Notes: generated from the sequence alone by a model not told the origin. DNA of 64,000 nt from Lingula anatina (GCA_051362555.1 CM120648.1:16426587-16490586), one strand, 5' to 3'; counted from the stretch's first letter, positions 35,201-47,982 are shown. A program made the numbers and translations.

Positions 35201-37696
35201 CATAAATTAAAAGAATCAAAATAATTAGGACGCTTTGGGGATTTATTGATGGCGTTTAACAAAAGCCCTTAACAATAACTTTTGAGTATTTAGTTTAATT
35301 ATTAGTACTACTAGGCTACATATGTAGGGATTAATTCTTGCTATATTTTAGGTTGGAACCCCTAGCGTACTACCTCAGGTGCCAGTTCCTGACCACCATC
35401 TAAGACAGTTCCCCTCTAATACAGGCGACACACACATTACACTCAATGTTCAGCAGGTTTTCAATTATAAACCAGAGAAGGAATTCATGGAGCAGATGGA
35501 AGATGTGACAACATTATTTCATAAACATATTCCTCCACATGTTAGAAAACGACTGAATGAGGCACTTTCTCAAGATGATGTATGGAACCAAGTGAAGAAG
35601 ATGTATGGCATTTCAGATGAAACTCATTGTCCTCGCCATGTTGTGTCTTATTTGTTGTCTCAAGTCGATGCTTCTATTGCATCTGTCATCAGTGTGTTGT
35701 TAAAGTTAAAAGAACGCCACAGAGAAGGACAGCAAAACATTCCACAAGATTTGATTGATGAAGTTGAGGTAATTGGAAATTTGGTCGAATGAAAGAATCA
35801 GCTTTTTGTGTGTAATTTGACACTTTCTGACTTCCGTGATTATATATTAAGTATACCTCTGCAGTATCTATAAAATACTTCTCAGCAAATGTTTATTTTC
35901 AAATGTAAAGTGAACTATTGAAAAGTATAAAAAGAAATGCTTAATTAGTATCTTGTATATATTCTTTTTTTAATGAAAAGTTTTGCTTGCTGCCATCAAG
36001 GCAAACTCCTACTTGGCTTTTTATATTCCTTTCCTAGGATGGACTTAAGAGTGAAATGGAGTATAGGAGACTTAGACAGAATAAGATCCGCTTTGCTGAG
36101 GAACTTTGTATTGACATTGGAAGAATTTTGAATTTCTTTTATCATTATAATGTGATACCAGATGAAGAGATTAAAGTGCTTAGAAACAGTGCCAGGAAAA
36201 ATCCACGCGATGCCTGTAGAAAGTTGCTTGAAAGACTAATTGCAAGCAGTCCTGAAAAACGACCCATCAAATACTTGAAAGATGCCCTCAGACAATACCA
36301 ACATTGGCATCTGGCAGATGAACTAGAAGTGAGTAACCAGGATGTTGAGGATGAATTACAGAGACATGAATTAGGGGGAGATTGGCCTTCTTTACTCCCA
36401 CCACAGGACACTGTGGCTGCTGGGAATCGTGACCAGGGCGTTAAAGACCCTCAGAACACCAGAGCAACGGGGAGCCAAATTCTTAACCAGGCCCACGGGG
36501 ATAACCAGTTAGAAAGGTTACCTACAGCTGTGACACATGAGATTGCTGGGGTTCTAGGACAGATCCCCGCTAATACAGACACAAGGGCAATTTACACTTT
36601 TGTATCAAGTTAACCACAATTATTTCTCAGAAAAGGCATCAGTGACAGACATGAAAGAGAACGATGTGAGAACATCTTTTCATAAACATATCCCTCCACA
36701 TGTGAGAAAACGACTGAATGAGACACTTTCTCAAGATGATGTATGGGACCAAGTAAAGAAGATGTATGGCATTTCAGATGAAGCCCCACGTCCTCCCGAT
36801 ATTGTGTCTTCTTTGTTGTCTCAAGTTAAGGGTTCTATTGCATCTTTCATCAGTGTGTTGTTAAAGTTAAAAGAACGCCACAGAGAAGGACAGCAAGACA
36901 TTCCACAAAATTTGATTGATGAAGTCAAGGTAACTGACAATTTGGTCAAATGAAAGAATTAGTTTTTTTTTTCCAATTTTACACGCAAGCATACAGTATG
37001 ATATAATGTTTTGGCTTCAGAGATTTTATATTTTGCAAACATCTGTAGTATTTGTTAAGATGCTCCTCAGCAAATCTATATCTTCAAAATCCAAGTGAAA
37101 TATCATCAGAACGTATAAAAAGGAAAACTTAATCTATATGTTGCATATTATATTTTTTATATATTTTTAAACAATTAAAAAAATTTAAAAATGCAAATAT
37201 CTGCTTGCTTCCAGCAGGGCGCTCTTTCAAAATTAAAGTTTATGATAAGGTGTAAAAATGCACATGTCCACATAAACTACTTACTTGGCTTCTTATATTT
37301 CTTTCCTAGGATGGGCTTAAGGGTGAAATGGAGTATAAGAAACTTAAACAGAATAAGATTCACTTTGCTGAGGAACTTTATATTGATATTGGAAGTATTT
37401 TAGATTACTGTAATCAAGGCGACATGGTACCAGATGAAGAAATTACAGTGCTTAAAAATACTGCCAAGGAAAATCCACGAGATGCCTGTAGAAAGTTGTT
37501 TGAAAGACTAATTGCAAGTAACCCTGAAAAACAACCAATCAAATATTTGAAAGATGTCCTCAGAAAGTGTCAATATTGGCATCTGGCAGATGAACTAGAA
37601 GTTAGCCACCAGGATGTAGAGGATGAATTACAGAAATATGAAGGTGGAGGTGATCGGGCTACTTGTGAAGAGCCACTGCCAGCGATAGGAATTTAA
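32294..37696 (+). CDS. UPA-Death-like-CARD(-Death-like-CARD) death-fold signalling protein; 499 aa as written, ~733 aa if the +1 frameshift near 36600 is absent
   Basis: Phase-0 GT-AG exons: 32294-32434, 32737-32913, 33116-33304 (UNC5-type UPA pattern: KRLSALVFG...LKLMVCCVND...FKIHIKQ), 35352-35768 (death-domain-like: VRKRLNEALSQDDVW...SIASVISVLLKL), 36038-36613/36929 (CARD: LRQNKIRFAEEL...ACRKLLERL...LKDALRQYQHWHLADEL, linker, second DD), 37310-37696 (second CARD). Confidence 0.7.
33394..35055 (+). mobile_element. Degenerate Tc1/mariner transposon in intron 3 of the death-fold gene
   Basis: TA|CAGACTTGACATTTAATATGGAATATT...AATATTCCATATTAAATGTCAAGTCTG|TA. Transposase relics VFFIEVRFHLY...SVSIWSRF...VIDENLN and PWSSKSPHLNHIDN (compare Tc1 WPxxSPDLNPIEN). 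Confidence 0.9.
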
Positions 37697-37829
37697 GCTC
37701 TCCCACACCTGTTACAGGTGAAAACCGTGTTGGAGAACAATAAAACTACATGTGTACAGTGTTTGACAGTATGATATTTATGCTGTTTGGGTGACCGTTG
37801 ACTATGAACCTATGGTGTTTTTCCACCAT

Positions 37830-40800
37830 TGTTACTGCAAAAAAAACGCTGTTTTGCAGATATGATGATCAAAGTTTATTATAGTGAATGTGGAGCGCTT
37901 TGGTTACTCGTCCATGAACGGTGTAGCTTACACATACGGTCCAAAACTACAAAAAATTTAAAAAAATAAACAAGATTAACTAAATGAATTGTGAATGTAG
38001 TATATAATTAAGTAGAATCTAACAAATAAGTAATGGATTAATGCTTACTTTCTACGCCCCATGTAATTCATAACGTGTGTCCACCGGTACCGTTCAATCG
38101 TTCATAGCATTGTCCATATAATAAGTGCGCATTACCACTCTGCGCACATCCGGTGCATTTACATTCTCGGCCCCTTGAATACAGTTATTGTATTCAATAT
38201 CAAAAATTAATGCACACTTATGACAGACAATATGATCATAATTACGTAAATAAAGAAAATATATATATACCACTGTTTTTACTAATACATAATACTGTTA
38301 AGTAGGTTTAATTCATTTCATTATAAATGTACATAAAGCAGCATATAAATTCTACACATTTTGTTCCTCAACAGGAACAATAACCACCACCCAAGTCACG
38401 GGTCTCCGAAGTTTTGTGTTTTGAGTTTTCAACTTCACGTATCTCACTAACCCAACAACGTCCGTATCGTGCGTATTTAATGTTCCCAGACACTCCCAAA
38501 ATGCCTGGCTGCTAGAGGGTTAAAAAAGCCACGTGATCTGACAATTCATCAATTTGATTTTGATAGCGTCGTTGTCCATTTCTTTCAGAGTATTCCGAAG
38601 TTCTCGTTCAGTCTCTACGAAATTTGTCCCATTGTCTGATCGTATTTGTTTTACGTCCCCGCGACATGGCATTAATCGTCGTAAGGCGTGTAAAAATCTG
38701 TCAGTGTTCAAATTCGGTAAAAGTATAGAATGTTTCGTGTAAAGTGAAAGATTTATAATTCTTAATCCCTCACCAACGCGTAATATGCCGTCTTGAAGAA
38801 ACGGATCTAGCCTATAAAAAAGAAAAATTTTTCAGAAATTTTCTTCAAGATTCTCATTTCACATGGGGAATGTTGACACTGTATAAATCTGATACAATTC
38901 AGCTCTCTCCATATCTGGTAGGTTTATGCTCATATCGGTGTTTTTAGTCTCTTGTGTTGATTTCTGTCTCAGAATTTCAAACAACGTTTGATAAATTGCT
39001 ACTGCGCGTTTGAGTTTTGTCCAATCTGAAAAGTAAGATATGAGTTTATGAGTCGGAGTGTTATCACCATCCACCACTGTCGCAGCACAGAATACATCTG
39101 TGTCATCAGAGACATGCTGTGGTACGTTCTTTGCTGGCCATTCTCGTTCTGGCAACCACAAGGATCCCGGACCATTCAACCACCTAGTTATCTTGGTACA
39201 ATCGAGTTTATTCAATCCACGTGACGCGTAGTCGGCGGGATTCAACTGAGATTCAACACATTTCCGTTGGTTTATATCTGTCAGATCTGTGTTGTTTAGA
39301 AATTTGACATGGTTTTCTAGGAACGGTAATGGTAGTTCATAATACCCGTCTTTGTATCTGATGCACTTTTCTGTATTTTTCAAGAAAATCTTATCTTCCT
39401 GTGAAAGACCACATTCATTAATGCGTTTTTCGTTGAGATCGAGGTCAGACATTCTCATTTCCAACTCTGTACCAATTGGCGCTTGTGATAATTCTTTGTA
39501 AGAAATTCTATTACATGACACTGTGCTTTGGGAATTTTCTCGGCCCCATGGACCTAAAACTGCCCAGCCCTGAGGGTACAATAACGCGTAAGGACTCCCG
39601 TTAATTGATGGAAGAACCTTCCTCGGTTGAAGAGCTTCCGTACAATTACTCCCGATCAGCAATGAAATTGGCAAAGAATGAAGCGGTGGCAAGCTGTGTG
39701 TTGCTTCGGCTAAATGATTCCACTGCATCAGTTTGCGAGGAATTTGCGTATGGAGCACCGGAATATCGTCTCTTGTACACGTTCTTGGCAAAGAAACAGT
39801 GTTGGTGCCATCTAGGCTTGTAATTACAAGATCTTCAACAGCAATTGACGGCAGAGTGCTTTTTCCATGCATGGTTCTTACAGCCAATGAGGTGTTCACG
39901 CCTGTTGCATTTATCTCGGCATATAATTCATGTGTCATAAAACAACGTGTACTGCCGTCATCGAAAAACGCGTACACTGAAATACTTTGTTTGTTCCCTT
40001 TTGATACACAGTGACTGGTATTATATAGCCTGAAATACTGATTCCGGGCAATTGGCAGAAGCAGAGTTAATCGTAACAGCATCAGAAGTGGTCTGCGGTG
40101 TGTAATTGTCTATATGCAGTGCTGTAGGATGCAGTGCTGCATATGTTACATGTACGTTTCTGTAAACAACCACTAGACTTTGTGGTTATATCCGTAGCAG
40201 TGCTGAAACTTTGTGGTTATATCCGTAGCAGTGCTGAAACTTGTAGACTGCGGTTTAAAGGGGTTGACTGATTTCGTCACACTTTGTAATGCGTTTTTTC
40301 CAAATACAGGATCATTCGCAGATTCTGCCATTATCTGAACAAACGCGCAAAGATCAGTGAAATTGACGATCCTGTTCTCTTCTGACCTAGTACGTGTAAC
40401 ACGATCCCTCCATTTATTTTGGAGATATCCAGGTAACTTCATCACTATAGCTTGTAAGTTGGGCATGTAATAAATGATTTCCATATGAGGTATGCCTCTT
40501 GTTGCCATGCTGCACTTGGTCATAAAGTGTGAGAGTTGTTTCAAAGATATTGAATCGTCCTGTTTAATCACCGGCCATGACAATAATCGTTGAGTGTATG
40601 CTGCGGATATCTTGTGCGGATCCCCGTATTCTTTTTCAAGAAGACGCATAGCTTCAATATATCCCTCACTTGAATTCATTAGAGATAGCCTGCAATCAAT
40701 TCTCGTGGCTCTCCGATCAAATGTTGATCTAAATAATACAGTCTATCTGCATCACTGACAACACGTTTTGCTATGCGAGATTCAAACGACATCACAAACA

Positions 40801-42249
40801 GTTTGTAATTAGTAACATCCCCATCAAATTTTAACACTTGAGGTTGAGGCAATGAAATTGCCGCGAGTTGTTGATATGCTAATACGCTCTGTCGCTGTAT
40901 GTCGGAGGGGTTCATCATGAGTAGATTTTGGTTCACATTCATTTCTTGTTGGGTAGGTGATAGTTTATTATCTACCTGGTTATCAAATGGAGTGTGCACT
41001 TTTAGATCAGCATCATTGACAATATGCCTTGGAGGTGTGTTGTGTTTGGACAACTGCGTTGTAATTGTGTCTGTATCACGCGCGCTTGACAGCAAAGTAG
41101 ACTTGATCGGTGTTTCGTTCAGGCTTGACTGACCCATGTGTCATGCCTGGAGCATCAAGGTTACTCATATACTTTGTAGAATCTTCAACCCAGTTGACAA
41201 CATTTTGATTTTCACCTGTAGCAACAATTTCGCGGTCAACTTATCATGTGCACCAGATGTAGGAAAATGAAATGACCGAACAGAGTTGTCATCGCAAATT
41301 TGTTCGAATTCCGCATTAGCTTGATCTCTTGCGCGTGCTTTCTCTCTTTCAGTTCTAATTTCAAATGCACGTCTCTCAGCCTCCAATTCTGCCTTTTTAC
41401 GTTCGAATTCTCGTTGCATATTCATCTGTTTTTCTTCTATTAAAAGCGTGGCTAACCTTGCACGTTCGTTAGCGCGTTTCGATGAAATAGAACTAGTCGT
41501 TGAACATATTGATTGTGAACATGCTTCTATAGAACTACGCTTGCTTTGTTTCGTTGGTCCTTCTCTCAGCGATTGATCTGTAGTAGCTAGCCATGCAACT
41601 TCTAACATTGTTGGTAAAGTCACTGAATATGGACTCACGTTCTAGGTATTTCGTTTTTTCGCGTTCTATTAGTTCATCTGACGTAAGGGCATGTAAATAG
41701 TTTAAATAAGATGTTTTGTATTCTTGAAAATTATCCACATACTCTGTCAGCTGTAATCGCACTATTTCTGAATTTTCAGTGCTATCCATAAGTAGTTTTA
41801 TATTGTTCCTTTTGCGTGTGACTTGTGACATTGCTTTTGACCTTAATTTGAGATCATCAAGAGAAATCTCTTCTGGGCACGTATTCGCCATGATTAAGAG
41901 CAAATTTTGGACTTTTGTTACTGCAAAACAAACGCTGTTTTGTAGATATGATGATCAAAGTTTATTATAGTGAATGTGGAGCGCTTTGGTTACTCGTCCA
42001 TGAACGGTGTAGCTTACACATACGGTCCAAAACTACAAAAAATAGAAATAAATAAACAAGATTAACTAAATGAGTTGTGAATTTAGTATATAATTAAGTA
42101 GAATCTAACAAATAAGTAATGGATTAATGCTTACTTTTTACGCCCCATGTAATTCATAACGTGTGTCCACCGGTAACGTTCAGTCGTTCATAGCATTGTC
42201 CATATAATAAGTGCGCATTACCACTCTGCGCACATCCGGTGCATTTACA
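37830..42249 (-). mobile_element. BEL/Pao LTR retrotransposon, internally deleted and frameshifted
   Basis: 334-bp direct LTRs at 37830-38163 and 41916-42249 (TGT...ACA, about 10 mismatches by eye), 5-bp TSD ACCAT, PPT GGGGCCGAGAA. Gag fragments (KFDGDVTNY...RLYYLDQHL, EKEYGDPHKI), protease (YAFFDDGSTRCF), NPADYASRG, integrase relic (IRSDNGTNFV). Confidence 0.92.
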
Positions 42250-42325
42250 ACCATATTACTTGCATGCTTTAGATATTGTTATCACATAATAAAGTGAATT
42301 TCTTTTTCCAGTGATATTGAACAAA

Positions 42326-42540
42326 CTTGTGAAGAGCCGTTGGCGTTAGGAATTTAAGCTCCACCCACACCCTATTGGAGCACATTAAAACTACTTGTGT
42401 ACAGTGTTTGACAGTATGTGTCAAGATTTTTTATCTTGTTTGGGTCACCGTGGACAATGAACCTATGGAGTATATCCACCATATCACTTGCATGCTTTAG
42501 ATATTGTCATCAGATAAATAGTGACTTCTGTTTTTCGTGA
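42326..42540 (+). repeat. Local duplicate of the CARD-exon end and 3' flank
   Basis: ACTTGTGAAGAGCC...GGAATTTAAGCTC...GTGTACAGTGTTTGACAGTATG...CCACCAT matches 37661-37829 and continues into a match to 42255-42310. Confidence 0.75.
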
Positions 42541-42989
42541 TTTTGAGCAAACCTGCTGAAAATCTACAATGGGACATTCCATGATGCAATATAGATATTC
42601 CCCACATTTCACACTAAGAGCATTATTTGTGCTGTGATGCTCATCTCTACTAAAACACATAATGCCATATGTAGAGGTGTCCTCGAAGAAGTATCTGCTG
42701 CTGTTTACCATCATCAGAGCCAGTGTAGACATTCCTGTACTTGTAAATATTTACCTGAGAATAATAACATATACTTAATTAAAGGGATAATAACTCTTCG
42801 TATGATGTCTATATTTCACAATAAAAACATTGTGAATAAATCATTGACTATAATATATTCTGTTTTACGGCAAAAACAGCAGTTATAGCTATTATTCTGA
42901 TATCTGAGCTTGTCTTCAGACCACGTGACCTCCATTGATGGCTATTCTCTGTTAAAACCTCTATTCTCTGTTAAAAAACTTTTTTAGAA

Positions 42990-43420
42990 AAAAACCAGGG
43001 ACTAACTCTGAATATAAAAATGGATTCATTAACCATTGGTAAGCATGGGAAAATTGTTGTTTACTCCGGAAAATTCATTTTTTGGCCAAAAAGAAGTTAT
43101 TATGCTAGCTGACACTAATGACATATACTAATTTGCCTTGTAGTTGTAAAGTACTTGTATATATTTAGCTGACAATAATGGCATAAATTAATCAAGACAA
43201 TCTAGTAGTTGTATATATAATAGAAAACAATAAGTAGCTGTAAATATAGTAGCTATAGTAGCTGTACATATTGATTTGAAAGTACTAACAATACTTAAAG
43301 TCATAATAACTCTTCGTTTTGGCCAAAAATTGGATTTTCCTGGAAAAAACGGCAATTTTACCGTACTTACCAATGGCCAACGACCCCATTCCTGCATTCA
43401 AAGTGAATCCAGGGTTTTTT
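42990..43420. repeat. Degenerate inverted repeat with ~115-bp arms, probably an old MITE
   Basis: CCATTGGTAAGCATGGGAAAATTG...TTTTGGCCAAAAAGAAGTTATTATG (43034-43104) is mirrored by CATAATAAC...TTTTGGCCAAAA...CTTACCAATGG (43302-43376). Confidence 0.6.
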
Positions 43421-43924
43421 TCCTAAACGTACGTTTTTTTTTTAAATCTCTTAAGAGATTTTAACTGACGGAGCTCTCTCTGACATTGCAAAGTCACTGG
43501 TGACCTACTTAAAACCGCGGGAAAAGCAGACAACAACAACACTATATAAGATTCATGAGATATATTCGTCTTTTTGTTAAAAATGCATTCATATCCACAA
43601 TGTGTGCCATTCTGGGCTTTTCGTTATCCGACGCACTGTACAAAAACTCGCAACTTACGTCTGAGGGTTTCCCGCCATGTTATTTTGGTCTCGAATGAAC
43701 GCGAGAATCCGCGTGACACCATTACGTCATTAGCAACGAATGCACTTGTCGACCGGAAAAAAGGGATCGAAAGCCCTATTGACAAGCACAGATTTTAGTT
43801 TTCCTACAATAACGGCCGTTTTAGTGGTAAAATACAATAGAATATATTTCCATGCGTTGTTTACAATGTATTTCATGCGGATTTTTGAATCTCAAAGGAA
43901 GAGTTATTATTGCTTTAATTAAGA

Positions 43925-44215
43925 CACTTTAGTAATTGTAAAATACTTGTTAATATTGAATTGAAATTGCAGACAATGCTTGATTAAGACAGTGCTCTAG
44001 TACTTGTTAAGTAGTTGTAAATATTGATTTGAAAATACTGACAGTACTTAAGGCTCTCTAGTAATTGCAAAATAATTGTAAATACATTACTGAAAATACT
44101 GATAATACCTAATTGAGAGCCTCCAGTAAATATTTAGTTAAAAATACCAACAATACTTAAATAAGACACTCCTGTAAAGTACTTGTAAATATTGGATTGT
44201 AAAATACCGACAACA
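43925..44215. repeat. Degenerate AT-rich tandem repeat
   Basis: Recurring TAGTA(A/C)TTGT...AAATATTG...GAAAATACTGACA(G/A)TACTTAA units. Confidence 0.55.
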
Positions 44216-44242
44216 GATAGTTAAATGTAAAAACCTCTCTAA

Positions 44243-45235
44243 AGCTACTCTTACAACCGGTCGTGCGTGCTTCTACGAGCGGTTTGCGTGCAAAAAATTG
44301 GCCAAGTAGTAAGATACACGCACGTGGAGCGTACTATTTTTGGTGGACGCAAACACGACGCAAAGCACGCAGCCCGAAAACTGGCCGGCCAGTTTTTCGC
44401 TACGACCTGTCTGCGACAATTAGAACGCCTGGAGCACGCTTGTAGCACGCAAGACAAAAGTACTGAGTAAGTGCGCTAGGCGTGCGTGTAACGCAGGAAA
44501 AGCATGCAGAAATTACGGGGTATTTTACCACGAAAACGTACTTACCACGCAAGAGAATCGTAAGTTTAACTTGCTTTCAATGTACGTGTTACCAAAAAGG
44601 GGGGTGAGCGCACTTCCTCCGTGCGTTTATCTTACTTCCAAAGTGCGTGGCGAGTACTACTACCATACCTGTGAAGTGCGTCACACTAAGACGACGCACG
44701 TGCCCAGCACGATAAAAGTGCAGGCGATCCCGAGCAACCACTGCCAGCATTGCGTCACGATCTTCGGCCTCCTCTAGCATTAGCAGCTGTAGAAGTCGAT
44801 GGCGCATCTTTCTTGGAAGTGCCTTTTTGGAAGCCAAAACAGTGAATGATGAAGAGACTCGGTGCTCCCTTTTATATTATTTTGATTATCCGTGCGTTCC
44901 ACTTCCGTGCTTATTACGTTTCTCTTACGTTTCTCTTACTTCGTAAGTACGGTTTCTGAAAACGTACGCTTCACTTGCAATACACGTATGATTATCTCAC
45001 TCACTGTGTGCGACACGAGTACAGATCGTACGTGCTCCTTACTTCTTCCTACTTCCAAAAAAAGGCGTACAGACCACTTGCGGGCCCCACGTTTAGAGCA
45101 CGACACACCTACTCATGAAGTACTTACTACTTCGTCCGCTGCGATTTAATTTTCATCCTGCGACAACGCTACGTCTGACGAGAACTCCGAGGACGCACGA
45201 TCTCTAAGCACGCACGACGGGTTGTAAGAGAGGCT
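44243..45235. mobile_element. PIF/Harbinger-type non-autonomous element
   Basis: TAA|AGCTACTCTTACAACCGGTCGTGCGTGCTT...AAGCACGCACGACGGGTTGTAAGAGAGGCT|TAA: ~30-bp TIR, TAA TSD, CpG-rich, no transposase. Confidence 0.8.
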
Positions 45236-45719
45236 TAAATAACTGATTTAATGTGGGTAAATAAATAACCTAGTCATTACATTTATCACTTTAACATTCA
45301 TATCTTTTGACGTATGTGTTTATTTCAATATAACTAGAACACCAGTGTATGTCTTGTTTTCCTTTCTATGTACAGACACTGTCTGGATATTTAGGTATCA
45401 CCTGCATCTGCTGCTGCTACTTAGTGTTCCCTTTGCTGCACTTTCTTCATGTACATTATAAATACACGGGGAATTCAAAGTTCCTTCAGATGTTAGTGCA
45501 GACTGAATTTAACCATGTAGTGAAAAGAATTTTGAGCTGTTTGTTAATTATCTGCCAAGCAATGAAGTATCACAACAACAAGGTCAATTTGTAAACATTG
45601 AATTAAAAAAAAAATGATTATACTGTGTACTTAATGAAATAAATATCTGTCTCTCAAAAAGTTATATTTGTGGGTTATCAAAAATCACCAAGTCACAACA
45701 GTCAATACTGGGTGTGGTC

Positions 45720-46641
45720 TTTGGTTACCTACAGCAGTGCCACATGAGATTGCTGGGTTTCTAAGACAGATCACTGCTAATGCAGGTAACATGCATATTA
45801 CATTCAATGTTCAGCAGGTTTACCACAATTACTCAGAAAAGGCATCATTGACACACATGGAAGAGAAAGATATGACAACGTCATTTGAAAAACATATCCC
45901 TCCAAGTGTGAAAAAACGATTAAATGAGACACTTTCTCAAGATGGTGTATGGGGCCAAGTGAAGAAGATGTATGGAATTTCAGATGAAGCCCCTCCCGAT
46001 GTTGTGTCTTCTTTGTTGTCTCAGGTTAAGGGTTCTATTGCATATTTCGTCTGTGTTTGTTAAAATTAAAGGAACGTCACAGAGAAGGACAGCAAGACAT
46101 TCCACAAGACTTGATTGATGATGTCAAGGTAATTGATCATTTGGTCTAAAATATAGTCAAATAAAGTAACCAGTATTGCTAAGTGTATTGAAAGTCATTT
46201 ACACAACATCATGGTTTGAAGGAATAGAATTTGTAAATGTGAATTATTATATTTCTCTTCTAGGGAGGACTTCTGAGTGAAATGGAGTACGATAAACTGA
46301 GGGAGAAAGTGATTGAATTTGCTGCGGAAAATTCCATTTATATGGAATGAATTTTAGATTACCTGTATCAGTTTAATGTAATACCAGATGAGGAGACAAC
46401 AAAGCTTAAAAATGATGCAAAGAGAAATCCACAAGAAGCTTGCAGAGATTTGTTCAAAGCACTTCTTGCAATAAGTGTTAAAAAAGAATCAATTAAACAT
46501 CTGAAAGCTGCATTCAGGGATTTAAGTCTTTGCCATCTAGCAGATGAACTAGAAATCAGCTACCAGGATGTAGAGGATGAGTTACAGAAACATGGAGGTT
46601 GCCGGCCTTCTTGTGAAGAGCAGTTGGCGATAGGAATTTAA
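45720..46641 (+). pseudogene. Third Death-like + CARD cassette, disabled
   Basis: Paralogous to 36515-37696. 1-nt deletion near 46056 in the DD. The CARD exon from 46264 has an in-frame TGA at 46348-46350 where copy 1 has AGA. Ends with the same EEQLAIGI* type terminus. Confidence 0.8.
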
Positions 46642-47194
46642 GCTCCCCCTCCCCCACACCTGTTACAGGTTAAAACCCTATTATACAGGGTGTTTTAAAA
46701 AAGGGAGCACTAAGAAAAATACCCAGAATTTTAAATTTTTATTTCATATAACAAATGTTAATGTAAATGTATGTTCGTAGGGAAATTATGCTTCAATGCA
46801 CACCATGCATTGCCGTGTCTTTTCACGCAGGACTGAGCAGGGTCAAATTACGTCATGAGGATCACATTTTTATTTCGAGAACTTTTTTTTCTCAAAAGAT
46901 TGATTAATTGCCATGAAATGGTTCTATCAATGGTTTTCAAATTAAAAATCTGCCAATTGACCTTTTCTTCCCTGTTATCTGCCACTTATGTTCTTACCAT
47001 CCATTTCTCAGAGACCAGATTTCCAAGATATTTCTCTCATATTTTTCAATATTTTCTTAAAAGTTCTTTCACATTGTCTTTTATCAATTTCTATTCTCTA
47101 CCAAGTAACTTAAATACACCTTCATGGTTCCATTTTAATTCTTTTTTGTTAATTAATGAAGTTCAAAAGTTTCTATTCACACACAAAGACCGTT

Positions 47195-47982
47195 AGATGC
47201 CATATCTTCCTACCACCAAGGCTGCTCTGCAACAGTATAAAAGGACTGTAGTCTTGCGAGATGAATATATCTGAATCAGCACTACGGTGCCATGTCATCA
47301 GATATCATGTGCTCACTCTGGTTGGATTTGAGGAGAACAGTGGACCCTTGTGGACGCATTTGTCAGAAGCTAATGTTCTGTTCAGAGTTGCTGAAAAGTG
47401 CATGTAGGAGCAGATGTAGAGACTGGCAATGTGCAAGGGCAAAATACACTGTATATTGCACATACATTTTAACGCCTACATTATTGCAAAGTTTTATAAA
47501 AGAGTCGCAAGGTGATAAAAAACATGGAAATGACTGGTTACTAACTTTGAACATGCTGCCTTAAGTATCTGCAGCGGCAATGTTTTTGATCGGATGTGTG
47601 TAAACTTCACAAAATTGTTTCAACTAACGGGATTAAAAGTACTTGTTCAAAAGTGTAGTTCCTAGCTAGTTTTATAGATTTGCCTTAATCAATAAACTAA
47701 CGCTCGTTGCTAGGGTAATTTGGGTTTTAATTGCCTTAAAATACTCTAGTGATAGTTCTGATACCCTGACACCTTGTTATTAGCATTTCTAAATAATTTA
47801 AAATGGAAAAGATAGGTCTAATTATCTTGTTACTAGGGTAATTCACTTCCATAGGAACGGTTGCTCAGCAACGCTTTGAAATCTCAGCATACATATAGTC
47901 CAAAGAACATCTGTGCTAAGTTTCATACTTTTTTCACATTCTGAGCAATTTGGACAATATATAGCACCAGTCATCCAAACTA
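47195..47982 (+). mobile_element. Relic 3' end of an Academ-like DNA transposon
   Basis: Broken translation LPTTKAALQQYKR...SGW...PLWTHLSEA...CSELLKSACRSRCRDWQCARAK resembles the Cys-rich C-terminus of Academ-type proteins. The terminus ...GCTAAGTTTCATACT...CCAAACTA ends in CTA. Confidence 0.5.

Noticed and set aside
44251-45149. Several overlapping GC-rich ORFs
   Set aside because: They lie within a TIR element, have no domain features, and are expected from stop-poor composition; the same applies to 48716-49930.
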